Shown: positions 1 through 10,496 of the stretch, piece by piece | Layout: each line of letters opens with the position of its first letter | Position numbering within the stretch: the first letter of the stretch is position 1 | Position numbers and translations under genes: made by a program | The notes under the pieces: generated by a model | Databases searched by the model: none | What the model was told of the DNA's origin: nothing | Seen by the model: only the letters and a program-made list of their open reading frames with translations | Virus genome (UHGV): UHGV-1373362 | DNA length: 64,000 bases | Strand: one strand, 5' to 3' | Origin: a virus

Positions 1-657
1 GGAGGAATCTATATTAGTTAATAAGAATGAAGCTGATTTATAACTATTTTCATCTCTAATCCCACCTTGAATAGACAAAGGATCATTTAAATTTCCAACA
101 TGACAGGTAACTATCCCAGATTCAGCTATAAAATCTGTCTCGTTTCCATCTGAGTCAGATAATTTAAAGTAAAACACATAATTACCAACCTTTAGATTTC
201 CACTGGTATTTAATCCCATAAAATTGAGGTTAGCAATAGTGTTTGTCTTCTTATATAGTGATATATCAGACTCAAATGAATTTATGTCATAAATATTAGT
301 ATCATTATCTCCTTCCCTATCTACAATTTGATATGTATCCATACCTGTAGATGAAAATCTAGTATTTATAAGTTTAGGGTATGTACTTCCATCATTAAGT
401 ATCAAGTTCACTGAACCGTCATATGATTGTTGAGGAACAATATCTATAGGATGGTTCAGGTCGAACTTAAGTAGTTCTGTATCTAGGTTGATTAAACTCC
501 CCTTTGGATACACAACTACTCCGTTCTCCCTTATATCCTCATTTGTTCTTAGTACTCTTAATGGATTGTACTCGTAAACCAGTGCCCCTTTTTGTTGAAG
601 CTGATTTAACCCTAAATCTAAACTTAGTGACTTCCCACTTAATGATTTAAAGTTCAT
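1..657 (-). CDS. Partial CDS: the C-terminus lies off the left edge and the N-terminal 219 codons are present. Hypothetical virion protein.
   Basis: The minus-strand frame reads open from an ATG at 657-655 down to position 1, with no tta/cta/tca triplets on the plus strand in that frame. The plus strand is full of stops in the same frame. It continues the same-strand gene tiling. Confidence 0.5.
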   Translation of the reverse strand, partial: MNFKSLSGKSLSLDLGLNQLQQKGALVYEYNPLRVLRTNEDIRENGVVVYPKGSLINLDTELLKFDLNHPIDIVPQQSYDGSVNLILNDGSTYPKLINTRFSSTGMDTYQIVDREGDNDTNIYDINSFESDISLYKKTNTIANLNFMGLNTSGNLKVGNYVFYFKLSDSDGNETDFIAESGIVTCHVGNLNDPLSIQGGIRDENSYKSASFLLTNIDSS

Positions 658-660
658 ACA

Positions 661-3600
661 TTAGTATTTAAAAATTGATTTGGAACCGAATCCTATGCTA
701 GTAACCATATCTGGTGCATCTCCATCTTTCTTTTTAACCCATGTACCAATTTTGCTTACTACATTATTAGCATTGACCAGGACTTCGTTATAAAAACCAC
801 TTGGAATTTCTCCTTGCATATTCATAAGCTTATATGCTGTGGTAAATCTTGAATTAACATTATATCCGAGATTTACACTCCTTTTAACCCAATCTACAAG
901 GACACTACTTGTGGTAGTAGATGTATCCTTAACCTGATAGGTATCATCAGTGTTCTTTTTAAGATTCATGCTTCCATCAGGATTAGCAGTTGTGCCATCA
1001 TGAACCCCAATGTAAATCTGTCCTCTATTTATACTACCTAAATCTGCTTTAGACGAAGTGTAATAGGAATATGCACTAGTATAACAATTTAGTAATGTAG
1101 AGTCATTATCAAATGTAATTGTATCACCAAAGTAAACTGTAACAGGTAGGTCAGAAGGTTTATGTATATAGAACAATGGAAGATAATTCTTAAAATTAGA
1201 TGTAGGACTTATACTATTAATAGCAGAAACCCATCTACTCATGTGTGTTTCTAAGGAATCATTGCTACCATCCATATAGATATTAACATCTACATTAGTT
1301 CCAGCTTTGTCTACACTTAGTGTTAGTTCACTTACGGTATCATATGAATTATGGTATACAAAATTAGAGCTATCTGGTCCAACATAATTTGTGTTCTTGG
1401 AACCCCTCTTTACAACTAACATCTGACTCAAGAAGCAGTTTAACATCCTATCTACTCTAATCAGTGTTGTAGTACTAGATGGGTTTAATTTCTCATTCTT
1501 CCTAGATCCTAAATTAACTGGGCGATGCCATCCATTAGAATCCTTCCATGTAGCTAGAAGAAAATTATCTTCATTATCAATTTCGGATTTATCTCTAAAC
1601 CAGGCACCTGTACTATATTCAGCCCCTTCGATTCTATAACTAGCGTGATCCTCGTCACATCCTCCAAATATCCCAATAGTACCATTACCCATATTAGCCA
1701 AACATACATTTAATCCATCATCATCGTGACCTGCCCCACCGTTTACTCCCTTATATTCGTCTCCAGTGGTATGTTCTACGTTAGGTGGTATTTTAGCATT
1801 ATAGCATATGTAATCTTCATCTCCAACTACACAAGTTAAGGTATCATTAGTGTTTCTAAATGAATATAATTTGTCTCTCTCAGTAACAGACATATTAGAT
1901 TCGTATACAGGCATTAGTTTTTCTACATCCTTTGTTTCGTTCTTAACTGGGCCTGCAACAGCTAAGATATTTCTAGTAGTACTAACCTGACCCTTCAATT
2001 CCTCTTTATCGTAGGTGAAAGCTTTAGACACTCTAGAAGATACTGTACTTATTTCGGATTTGATGGTAGTTTCATTACTAAACGCCATACCACTATCATC
2101 AAATTTGCTACTCTTAATAGTAGGTGTAATCCCAAAGAAGTTCTTCATTAGGCTAGGATCTGGAGTTCCTGCATATAGTTTCTCATCAAAATCATATTCA
2201 GCAGCAGGTCTGATAGTTACATCATATACTCCTGTTTTCTGGCTATTGTATCTATAAGATGCAACATTAGTATTAAGGCTAGGTACTTCTTTTATATAAT
2301 CAGAAGGAGTAACATAGTTCTTGTTAGTAAAACTAGTTGCATCATGAACTTTAATAGCCAACGTCTCATTGTTTTTCTTTACATTAGCATTAATTTCATG
2401 TTTAACTGTCAATTGGATCTTCTCTCTGTTAGAACCACTTGGCAATGCGCTAAAGTCAGGAGTTTCTCCAAATACGTCGTTGAAATACCCCCCAGTATAC
2501 ACTAATTTATACCCTATATCCTTTTTAGTAGAGCCTACATATCTGTCAATCCTAACTATGTAGACCCAATTCTTTCTAATGGTTTTACTATCAAACGGAA
2601 TTATCTCCTCGAAACTTCCATTATAATACTCCTTAGAGACAGTGTATTTGTACTCACCTCCTAAAGTTTGTACCCTTGAAGCATCAGCTGAATTAGTTAC
2701 ACTTATAAATGTAAACTCTATCTTAGTGATATCTGAGTTTTCATTCATATTATAGTAGTCATACCCCCATCCAATTTTGAGATATGTGTCTGTAACATAG
2801 AATCTCCATTCACTTAGTGATTCAGCATTGGCCCTAATAGCATCAAAATCAATTGTTCCAATTTTGGCCATTCTCTCAAGAACCCCATAAGGGCAAGCTG
2901 GCATAATTTTGTATGTCTGTTTGCCAGTTCTACCACTTTTAGTAATGGATGACCTAACAACAGAATCAGTAGATTCTAAGAGTCCTATTTCACTGGAATT
3001 CTTTTCAGTAGTACCGGTATAAACCCCAGTAGTTTCTCCAATAAATTTAACACTAATAAGGTTAGAATCATCACATGAATACTTCCTTATAAGATTAAAT
3101 GTATCAAAAGTCTTTAGTTCAATAACTAGTATTAAAGCCCCAGAAGATTTAGCGCTGAATACTTGAACTATTTCTTTTGATCTAATTATATCAGCCATCT
3201 CCTCATTACTGCCTTCATAAATCCATAAGCCATTTGAATATAACTTTAGATTATTCTCATCTATATAATCAATATTACCACTGCTGTTTATAACCCCGAG
3301 TCTAAGTTTTACAACCCCTTTATTAATAGCCTCTCTTATCTCTGAAGCTATAAAGTCTGTAACTATTACAAACCTATCCCCTGGATGAAATATTTTAACC
3401 TCTTCTGAGTTATTAACTTGAAATAGTTTCTGTTTAAAATATTCTAACTTTATAAATGGAATTGACCCTCTCATTTCAACAAAATTAGAAAAGTCAAAAT
3501 GAATAGGGGCTACATTTAAGTCTTCACCTTCATATAATTGTTGGGGAGATGGAAACGAACCTATTTGTCCTTTACCAGTAATAGGATTGTGAGCTACTAC

Positions 3601-3828
3601 GTAAATAATACCCCCATGTTCCTTCATACCTACTGGTACATACCCCTTATCTAAATATGCAGTATGAACCTCTCCATTACCCATATCATTTTGCAGCACA
3701 AACTCATTACCATTATAGGTGATAATTGTTCCGTTTAGACAATTTGTTAATACATTATTAGGAGTTGTAAGTGGGTGTAGATCCATAACTAGACCTTCTC
3801 CAAAGGTATTAACTGCTTCCTTTCTCAT
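661..3828 (-). CDS. Large hypothetical virion (tail/structural) protein, 1055 aa.
   Basis: A 3.2-kb uninterrupted minus-strand ORF, tightly packed against its neighbours. Its Ser/Thr/Asn/Gly-rich composition is typical of tail proteins. Confidence 0.7.
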   Translation of the reverse strand: MRKEAVNTFGEGLVMDLHPLTTPNNVLTNCLNGTIITYNGNEFVLQNDMGNGEVHTAYLDKGYVPVGMKEHGGIIYVVAHNPITGKGQIGSFPSPQQLYEGEDLNVAPIHFDFSNFVEMRGSIPFIKLEYFKQKLFQVNNSEEVKIFHPGDRFVIVTDFIASEIREAINKGVVKLRLGVINSSGNIDYIDENNLKLYSNGLWIYEGSNEEMADIIRSKEIVQVFSAKSSGALILVIELKTFDTFNLIRKYSCDDSNLISVKFIGETTGVYTGTTEKNSSEIGLLESTDSVVRSSITKSGRTGKQTYKIMPACPYGVLERMAKIGTIDFDAIRANAESLSEWRFYVTDTYLKIGWGYDYYNMNENSDITKIEFTFISVTNSADASRVQTLGGEYKYTVSKEYYNGSFEEIIPFDSKTIRKNWVYIVRIDRYVGSTKKDIGYKLVYTGGYFNDVFGETPDFSALPSGSNREKIQLTVKHEINANVKKNNETLAIKVHDATSFTNKNYVTPSDYIKEVPSLNTNVASYRYNSQKTGVYDVTIRPAAEYDFDEKLYAGTPDPSLMKNFFGITPTIKSSKFDDSGMAFSNETTIKSEISTVSSRVSKAFTYDKEELKGQVSTTRNILAVAGPVKNETKDVEKLMPVYESNMSVTERDKLYSFRNTNDTLTCVVGDEDYICYNAKIPPNVEHTTGDEYKGVNGGAGHDDDGLNVCLANMGNGTIGIFGGCDEDHASYRIEGAEYSTGAWFRDKSEIDNEDNFLLATWKDSNGWHRPVNLGSRKNEKLNPSSTTTLIRVDRMLNCFLSQMLVVKRGSKNTNYVGPDSSNFVYHNSYDTVSELTLSVDKAGTNVDVNIYMDGSNDSLETHMSRWVSAINSISPTSNFKNYLPLFYIHKPSDLPVTVYFGDTITFDNDSTLLNCYTSAYSYYTSSKADLGSINRGQIYIGVHDGTTANPDGSMNLKKNTDDTYQVKDTSTTTSSVLVDWVKRSVNLGYNVNSRFTTAYKLMNMQGEIPSGFYNEVLVNANNVVSKIGTWVKKKDGDAPDMVTSIGFGSKSIFKY

Positions 3829-4414
3829 ATTTTATAAGTTCATAATTGTTACTACTAATAAGTATGTCTTTAAACGTACTTGGTTTATCTCTTGTAAACG
3901 CAATTTCTGGACACTCACACTTAAACTCACTTTTAAATATGGAATACCCAAGATCAGTAGTAGGGCGGTATTTTATAATACACCTAGACCAGCTATAATA
4001 AATCTTAGCTTCGTCAAACACCTTTAAACATACCTTGTTAAAGAATGTATAATGTTTACGTTTTCTCCCTCTTTTATTTAGTGATTCTAAAAACTCAGAG
4101 TATTCTGACTCAGTTAATCCAAAGTAATAATACCCATCCCATTCCTTAACCTTCTTAGAATAAATAACTCTTAACTTTCTCCTGAGCATTCTTCTATAAT
4201 AATTAAAATGCTTCAGTGAATTTTTAGTGAGTTCTCCAATGTAAAACCAATATTTGTGTTTAGTACTACTTATTACGGTGTCGCATCCTCTAAGGTTATA
4301 GTAATAAATCATTCTCCAACCATACTCTACAGCTCTTTTTATATCAGCCAATGGTACATTTGGAAATTGTTCTTGGAGTATTGGTAAATAATCGTTGACA
4401 CGTTTTAACATCAA
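3809..4414 (-). CDS. Hypothetical protein, 201 aa, basic.
   Basis: An ORF in the minus-strand tiling whose stop overlaps the downstream gene start. Confidence 0.5.
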   Translation of the reverse strand: MMLKRVNDYLPILQEQFPNVPLADIKRAVEYGWRMIYYYNLRGCDTVISSTKHKYWFYIGELTKNSLKHFNYYRRMLRRKLRVIYSKKVKEWDGYYYFGLTESEYSEFLESLNKRGRKRKHYTFFNKVCLKVFDEAKIYYSWSRCIIKYRPTTDLGYSIFKSEFKCECPEIAFTRDKPSTFKDILISSNNYELIKYEKGSS

Positions 4415-4851
4415 TAATACTGTTTACCTTGATTAGTAAGTTCTGTTATTCTATCTCTATGAACAGGGTCAAGATATACCAATTTTTGCCTCATAACTCC
4501 CTTAGATTGTAAGTCTAGTACCATTTGATATGCAGTAAACTCTGATGCTAAGAAATCCACGTCTCTCCATTTACCATTACGTCTAGCAGCAGAGAACACA
4601 TCTCTATTAAATCTATTCATACGAAGCTCAGACTTCCTACTCTTGGTTGGGAGTACAAACGTAGCATTATTTTCTATTATATCTTCTATAACCATATTAA
4701 GAGCACTCTTGAAGATTTTCTTAGCAATTACCTCCTTGTGCCTATTACCTATCATTTCCTCACATGCCTTAGCTGTTAGTTTCATTTTCTTAGTAGGAAA
4801 TGAAATAAAAATCTCATCTATATTCATGGCATGTCCTAAAGCATAATTCAT
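4411..4851 (-). CDS. Hypothetical protein, 146 aa.
   Basis: An ORF in the minus-strand tiling with a 4-nt overlap onto the next gene. Confidence 0.5.
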   Translation of the reverse strand: MNYALGHAMNIDEIFISFPTKKMKLTAKACEEMIGNRHKEVIAKKIFKSALNMVIEDIIENNATFVLPTKSRKSELRMNRFNRDVFSAARRNGKWRDVDFLASEFTAYQMVLDLQSKGVMRQKLVYLDPVHRDRITELTNQGKQYY

Positions 4852-5541
4852 TTACTTACCAAATTTCCAGGATTTATTAAATAATTTCCTATTCCAGCTA
4901 GTTTTAGCGTCCAGGATTTCATTCATCTCATTTTGATTAATATACTTTGGAACTCTAGCTGCATCACATAGTCTATACCATCTTTGTTCCATTAATTGGG
5001 CTTCTTGTAGCATCTGTTGGTTATGTTTACTCCAGCCTTCCTCAAACCTTTTGGTATAAGCGCAATAGCATGCTATAGCATCCTTCTCCTTTTCATTAAG
5101 ATAGGGTAAACCATCTTCATCAACCATGATTCCTTTATACAAGATATTTATATGCCCATAGTCTTTATCAAAATAAAGAGTATCATTCACTTGTTCGAAC
5201 TTGGCAATCTTACCACTCATATATAAAGGATTAGAAAACAGTTTCCTACCCTCGATGTAATTCTCTATAAATTGTGATTGGTAATCCCCATTAACTGTAT
5301 CATTTGATGTATATTTCCAATCCTCCCAATCATAGGTCACTAACTCAACTAGATCACAGTTACATGGAAGTTCTACAGATAATGTAGCACAATCAATTTT
5401 ACATCTAAATCTATAAAGTTTAGTTTGCCTATTACCTATTTTATTCCAGGCAATTAAGCCAATCTCTTCAAACTCTTCTGGAGTCATTTCTGTTTTATAT
5501 AACAAGTGCATTTGTGCATATGCAGATTCAAAGTTCTCCAT
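4852..5541 (-). CDS. Hypothetical Cys-containing protein, 229 aa.
   Basis: An ORF in the tiling with adjacent start and stop coupling. Confidence 0.55.
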   Translation of the reverse strand: MENFESAYAQMHLLYKTEMTPEEFEEIGLIAWNKIGNRQTKLYRFRCKIDCATLSVELPCNCDLVELVTYDWEDWKYTSNDTVNGDYQSQFIENYIEGRKLFSNPLYMSGKIAKFEQVNDTLYFDKDYGHINILYKGIMVDEDGLPYLNEKEKDAIACYCAYTKRFEEGWSKHNQQMLQEAQLMEQRWYRLCDAARVPKYINQNEMNEILDAKTSWNRKLFNKSWKFGK

Positions 5542-6215
5542 TATTTAGGTGTTTGATCATTAGGTAATAGAGGAGCCGCAAATTGTCTATAATACCTTAG
5601 CTTCTTCTCTGTTAATCTCTTTTTTATTTCTGTATCTATAAAGGTCATATTATTAATATCCATAGCAGAGCAACACCCATAAGTCATAAGCTGTCTTGGA
5701 TCTTTAAAGACCCCTATTACAGAGACTTGCTTAATTACTGGTAAATTGAATATCCAGCAATCATACATGTTATTGGAATTCGGGGTAACATCTATATATA
5801 CATACGGTTTAGTTTTAGCTCTAGTCCTGTACCTATGATATTTCATTACTGTAGGATTAGTATAGTATATAAATGGCTGACCTTTATCCACTGATCCAAT
5901 ATATTCAATACCTCCATCAAACTCAGTTAGAAGCTGAGGTATCTCGAAATGAAATGTTGGAGTACCATCTGTCTTATTCCCACATGTACACGATTCTATA
6001 TCTTTACAATCTACATTGATACAATTTATTGACATTAGTAAGTCCCTCTTAGGTAATAAACCTTTCATAGAGTACTCCTTAATGATTTGTAACCTCTCAT
6101 CGATTATATCATCCTCTAACTGTTCCATAGACAAGCTAGGGGTAGTTGTATAGCCTCTAAGTCCAGATACTATATCATTATAAATTGCAGATGCTAATTT
6201 AAAATAATAACTCAT
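5541..6215 (-). CDS. Hypothetical Cys-rich protein, 224 aa.
   Basis: An ORF that begins just downstream of a terminator hairpin. Confidence 0.55.
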   Translation of the reverse strand: MSYYFKLASAIYNDIVSGLRGYTTTPSLSMEQLEDDIIDERLQIIKEYSMKGLLPKRDLLMSINCINVDCKDIESCTCGNKTDGTPTFHFEIPQLLTEFDGGIEYIGSVDKGQPFIYYTNPTVMKYHRYRTRAKTKPYVYIDVTPNSNNMYDCWIFNLPVIKQVSVIGVFKDPRQLMTYGCCSAMDINNMTFIDTEIKKRLTEKKLRYYRQFAAPLLPNDQTPK

Positions 6216-6226
6216 AATTACAAAAT

Positions 6227-6266
6227 AAAAAAGGCGAAGGCTTAATTGCCCTCGCCTTCGTGTTAT
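6227..6266 (-). terminator. Rho-independent terminator read on the minus strand.
   Basis: A hairpin aaggcgaagggcaattaagccctcgcctt with a roughly 10-bp GC-containing stem is followed on the minus strand by TTTTTTATTTTG. It lies between the stop of gene 6277-7149 and the start of gene 5541-6215. Confidence 0.65.
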
Positions 6267-6276
6267 TGGTCTATAG

Positions 6277-7149
6277 TTATGCTACTGGAGCATCTTCTTC
6301 ACTTGGTTTCTTGATTTCCGTAATAGTACCAAGAACCTTTAAAGCAGTTTCAAACTCGGTTGCTAATGAATCTAACACATAGAATACATGTGTAGTCTTA
6401 GAAGTAACTTGCTGTCCTAAAGCAGCTCCACCAAATGTACCTCTATTAACTGTATACTCAATAATGTATTGATTGTATTTAGCTCCTGGTATAGGAAGCT
6501 CCTCTTGATTAACTGCCTCAAATCTTCTAGCCTCTGTAGTAGGTAATCTAAGATCTTTAAGGATATGAGTATAAGTACCAAACCCTTCTACACTCTTAGT
6601 AATTGTGCCCTCAATAACATCCTCAAATACCTCATTAGTAAGAGGATCATTGGCAGCAGTGTTTAGCTTTTGGATTTTAGCCTCTGTAAACAGTTGATAC
6701 TCATCAACTCCACTAATAGTTAGTTTAGTATCGGCAGCAGCTACAGTAATATACTTATCCCCGTAGAAAGCAGCGATCTTGTCAATAACTCTCTTAATTT
6801 CTTTAGCTACATCTGCAGCAGTAGTATCATCACTAGCAATCTTAAACTCATAAACAAAAGGTTTACCTTTGAATACGAAATCATTAGAGTAGTATGAATT
6901 TTGGCTTCCAGATAGTCTGATGTACAATTTTAATCTGTAGATACCTGCACCTGGATTAGTAACTGTAAATTCAGCTTTACCAATTACTGGATCAGAAGCA
7001 GCTCTTTTATACATAGCAGAAACATTGTCCTTTAAGAACTTGTTCACACGTCTAATCTCTACGTCATTAGAGCCTTTAACGATTTTATCCAAACCAGTTG
7101 TGGCATCTTTAAGTGTGTTTAATACAACTGTACCTGTGTACTGAAACAT
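6277..7149 (-). CDS. Hypothetical virion protein, 290 aa, possibly an abundant structural component.
   Basis: The ORF is followed by a strong terminator. Its composition resembles capsid or tail proteins. Confidence 0.6.
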   Translation of the reverse strand: MFQYTGTVVLNTLKDATTGLDKIVKGSNDVEIRRVNKFLKDNVSAMYKRAASDPVIGKAEFTVTNPGAGIYRLKLYIRLSGSQNSYYSNDFVFKGKPFVYEFKIASDDTTAADVAKEIKRVIDKIAAFYGDKYITVAAADTKLTISGVDEYQLFTEAKIQKLNTAANDPLTNEVFEDVIEGTITKSVEGFGTYTHILKDLRLPTTEARRFEAVNQEELPIPGAKYNQYIIEYTVNRGTFGGAALGQQVTSKTTHVFYVLDSLATEFETALKVLGTITEIKKPSEEDAPVA

Positions 7150-7156
7150 AATTTAA

Positions 7157-8110
7157 TTATTTTTTAGGTTGTGACTGTTGCTGTACTGGATTGGCAATAG
7201 TCTGATTAACTGCAACATTATTAGCTAGTCTTGGATCACTTGAGTTCTCCAATAACAATTTTACCAGTACATTAATTATCTCTTGGCACACATAATCTGG
7301 AAACTCCATTACCTGAGAGGTATCTTCAACCATATCAATTTGATCCTGAGTGAGTCTAATCCTCTGAGGTACTTTTATATAATCAACAAAGATGTCAGTC
7401 AGTTGAAATACTGAATTATCTTTACCGTATCTAATTTCTAGTCTTACTTGACTTGGATTTCCATATCTATTTACCCCAGGTCTTTCAATTAAATCTACCG
7501 TTTTACCTCCTATAAGAATCTTAGTAGGCAAAGCCCCATCTGTACCAGTCGTTTGCTGTATTGTGGTGTTAGGAGAGATTTGTCCCTCTCCTTCTGTAAT
7601 TCTAACAGGATTACTAGGTAGATTGTTTGAATCACTGTTTACATTATGTATATAATAGTAAGGATTTCTATAAGATGGCATCATGTAGAAATTCCTTATA
7701 ATTTGAGACCATAAATCGGCTGTTAGTCTTCTAGCCCCTATCTGAACATAAGAGTCTTTGTCATAGCACTCATAGGTCTTTAATAGTTTAAAGTTACATA
7801 CACAATTTAAAATATGCAAATAGTCTAATGGTAGGTTTACCTCATATACAGCTCCATACAATGAATTAGTAGAGGAGCTGATTGAGGAGTATGTATTGGT
7901 AGCCAAAGAAGGCTGGAGAATAGCAGTAGATTTCAACACTCTAATGTCATCTGTAGACTGTTGATTTATATCGTATATATTATACTTACTGTTAATATAT
8001 TGATATATGGCCTTGTTGAACATATAGTTGAAGTCTTCAAGCAATAAACTTGGAGAATTGGTCTTGTTCATCTCAACAAGCACTCCAAGATAAACTTGTT
8101 TAGCTGTCAT
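7157..8110 (-). CDS. Hypothetical virion protein, 317 aa.
   Basis: An ORF in the tiling. Confidence 0.6.
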   Translation of the reverse strand: MTAKQVYLGVLVEMNKTNSPSLLLEDFNYMFNKAIYQYINSKYNIYDINQQSTDDIRVLKSTAILQPSLATNTYSSISSSTNSLYGAVYEVNLPLDYLHILNCVCNFKLLKTYECYDKDSYVQIGARRLTADLWSQIIRNFYMMPSYRNPYYYIHNVNSDSNNLPSNPVRITEGEGQISPNTTIQQTTGTDGALPTKILIGGKTVDLIERPGVNRYGNPSQVRLEIRYGKDNSVFQLTDIFVDYIKVPQRIRLTQDQIDMVEDTSQVMEFPDYVCQEIINVLVKLLLENSSDPRLANNVAVNQTIANPVQQQSQPKK

Positions 8111-8123
8111 TCACTTATAAGTT

Positions 8124-8960
8124 TTATTTCTTAGCTGCACCCTCTGCAAGGTACATATCTGGATATGTATCTCTCTTTATAAGTTCAAGGACTTTAGCAT
8201 TTGTAGGACTCTTCATCCATGTAATCACAGCATCGTCTGTGGCACCCAATGCAACACTATCACCATATAGGTAAACCTTGTCCTTAATATATATGACGTG
8301 TTTGTCCTTAGCATCCATGAATAATAATCTGATAGCAATATCACCCCCAGTGTATAGATTTATGATCTTTTCTGGATCTTTGTGGGAAACCTCAAGTAAG
8401 AAGTCTGTAACATCTGCATCTGGTGCATTCTTCATATGTTTACCAAGCAATCTAGCTTTCAATGCTCTACCTTCAGCTCCTTTTGGATCTCCATAGATAT
8501 ATGAATCAGCATCGTGGATAAGTTTCCTCTTAGTTACCTTTCTAGCAGTTTCATATCCTGGTCTCTCAACATACAATTCAGCTACACCATAACGTGCACG
8601 GAATTTACCTTCTGCAATTTCTCCGTCAATGAGCAAATTACCATTTGCATCTCTTGCATCCCTTGATAAAGCAATGAGGGGGCAATGTTGAATTGATTCC
8701 CATTCAGCCTTCTGCCAAGGATCGGCTAAGTTAAATGTAGTTCCATCTTCTATGATGAATACTCTATTCTCAGCAATAAGTGGTTCTCCACTATTTCTGT
8801 CCTTATCAGACATGATTAAATCTCCCTTACTATCTACTGGTCTTACACAGTTTGGGAAACGATTGGTTTTTGGGTCCTTCACAGGATTCATAAAGTACTT
8901 CTGTCCAACTTTACCAAATACACTTCTCAAGATTATTATATCGTCTAAAACATCCGCCAT
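8124..8960 (-). CDS. Hypothetical virion protein, 278 aa.
   Basis: An ORF with an ATG at 8960-8958. Confidence 0.6.
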   Translation of the reverse strand: MADVLDDIIILRSVFGKVGQKYFMNPVKDPKTNRFPNCVRPVDSKGDLIMSDKDRNSGEPLIAENRVFIIEDGTTFNLADPWQKAEWESIQHCPLIALSRDARDANGNLLIDGEIAEGKFRARYGVAELYVERPGYETARKVTKRKLIHDADSYIYGDPKGAEGRALKARLLGKHMKNAPDADVTDFLLEVSHKDPEKIINLYTGGDIAIRLLFMDAKDKHVIYIKDKVYLYGDSVALGATDDAVITWMKSPTNAKVLELIKRDTYPDMYLAEGAAKK

Positions 8961-9011
8961 ATTAGTTCTTATTTTCGTTTTGTATATTATACGACATCTT
9001 TATAATAGTAT

Positions 9012-9036
9012 GAGAGGGGCATTCATTACCCCTCTC
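9012..9036 (-). terminator. GC-rich hairpin, a possible terminator or attenuator, just downstream of the capsid-candidate gene.
   Basis: gagagggg-cattcatta-cccctctc forms a perfect 8-bp stem of G/C pairs and lies 23 nt after the stop at 9059. The U-tract on the minus strand is weak (AUACUAUUAU). It sits in the only intergenic gap of 98 nt in this block. Confidence 0.45.
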
Positions 9037-9058
9037 AATATATCTATTATTAATTTTA

Positions 9059-10480
9059 TTATGCTTCTTTCATGATGAAGCTTCTGTATGGAGAGAACAC
9101 TCCAACACCAGAATAACCCCAGTTAATAACCTTAGATGCAGCTACAGTACTGGAAACAATACCAGAGCTTAAACCATCCATACCACCAACACCTGGGTAT
9201 TTATTTGTAATGAAGTCACCACCCTTCAATGTAAACATTTGAATGGCAGGTTCACCACTAGTCTTATCAGCTGTAAGGTCTAGCATTAGACCAAATCCTT
9301 TATCAGAACCCCATTCACGAGAGAACGTTCTGTCTACTCTGAATGAAATAGTATTACCTCCAATTTCATAGCTATTGAATGTAGCACCAACGTCTACATA
9401 TCCATTAGCTTTCTTGGACCATAGATAAGTTCCACAAGTCTTGAATCTGGCTAACCAAGCAGATAGACAGTTTTGAATGTCTCCCCACATCTTCTCGTTA
9501 CAGATAAATACATACTTATTACCAGTTGGCTCCTCTGCTTTCTCGTTCATCATGGACATAGCAGTTGTAAATGCCTCTGGAGTAAGTTTATTGTAAACAT
9601 ATTTAGATGCAAACCTCTCTACTTGTGGAATAATACCATCTCCAATATAAATTGGACGACCAGTATCAGGATCAGAGATTGTTGGTTTACCATTCTTATC
9701 TACATTAGTCTTATTAAATAATAGACCGTTGTTACGAACCTCCAAGAAGTTTCTTAATAGATTCTTCTCAAGAGTGTCCATCTTATACATTACTTCTTTA
9801 GAAGCACCGTTGCCGTCACCTTGACCAATTTTGATGAATGTTTGCTCAAGAGGTTTAAATAATGCAGTATAGCTATCATCAACACGGTGTGTTGTAATGT
9901 AACCCCTATGTCTCTCAATATTGGATTGATATTTTACATATCCCTCTTCATGAGCCTCAGGCATAGCATTAGATTGGAATCTAGTAGTATCACCGATCTG
10001 GCAACCACTAAGGTCTAAAACTGTACTGTAGTCGTTATCAATCAATCTAACTTCTACTCTCCAATAATTATCTGCAACTCTAGTTGGTCTAGAAACAACT
10101 TGGCATTGTTGCATCGTTTTGTCAATCTTAAAGATGTCATACTTCTGGTAGTAATTCTCTTTAAATGCCATTACAATTGTGGAACCACCCTCTCCAGTAG
10201 TTGCCGGAACATCTGCGAACTCAACCCTCTTGATATAGTTAGTTTCAACTTCCCACTCGAAGTACATACTATCAATACTTCTATACTTATTATTTGACTT
10301 AGAATCCATATAGAAGATATTTCTCAAAGATTCTGTCAAGTAAGAAGCAGTTAAATTAGGGTAAAGTCTTGAAACAATACCAAGTCTTGTAGGTTTTGTA
10401 CCTAAGAACTTATAGAAGTCTTCATAAGTTCTAGTTTCCCCCATAGTGGGGCGATTAGTTACGAAATTTGCTACTATCAT
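9059..10480 (-). CDS. Probable major capsid protein, 473 aa. The assignment rests on position and context only.
   Basis: It lies directly downstream of an acidic coiled-coil scaffold-like gene and is followed by a GC hairpin. Its size fits HK97-fold and crAss-like major capsid proteins, and its composition is balanced. No database confirmation was possible. Confidence 0.4.
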   Translation of the reverse strand: MIVANFVTNRPTMGETRTYEDFYKFLGTKPTRLGIVSRLYPNLTASYLTESLRNIFYMDSKSNNKYRSIDSMYFEWEVETNYIKRVEFADVPATTGEGGSTIVMAFKENYYQKYDIFKIDKTMQQCQVVSRPTRVADNYWRVEVRLIDNDYSTVLDLSGCQIGDTTRFQSNAMPEAHEEGYVKYQSNIERHRGYITTHRVDDSYTALFKPLEQTFIKIGQGDGNGASKEVMYKMDTLEKNLLRNFLEVRNNGLLFNKTNVDKNGKPTISDPDTGRPIYIGDGIIPQVERFASKYVYNKLTPEAFTTAMSMMNEKAEEPTGNKYVFICNEKMWGDIQNCLSAWLARFKTCGTYLWSKKANGYVDVGATFNSYEIGGNTISFRVDRTFSREWGSDKGFGLMLDLTADKTSGEPAIQMFTLKGGDFITNKYPGVGGMDGLSSGIVSSTVAASKVINWGYSGVGVFSPYRSFIMKEA

Positions 10481-10496
10481 ACTTTATAATTTAAAA

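Noticed and set aside
2015-2563. Plus-strand ORFs 2015-2257 and 2369-2563, and similar plus-strand ORFs nested in large minus-strand genes, such as 13128-13632, 18863-19180, 31246-31939, 33970-34266 and 39277-39600.
   Set aside because: All are embedded antisense within long, well-supported minus-strand genes in an AT-rich genome where chance ORFs of 60-120 aa are expected. None has promoter or coupling evidence.
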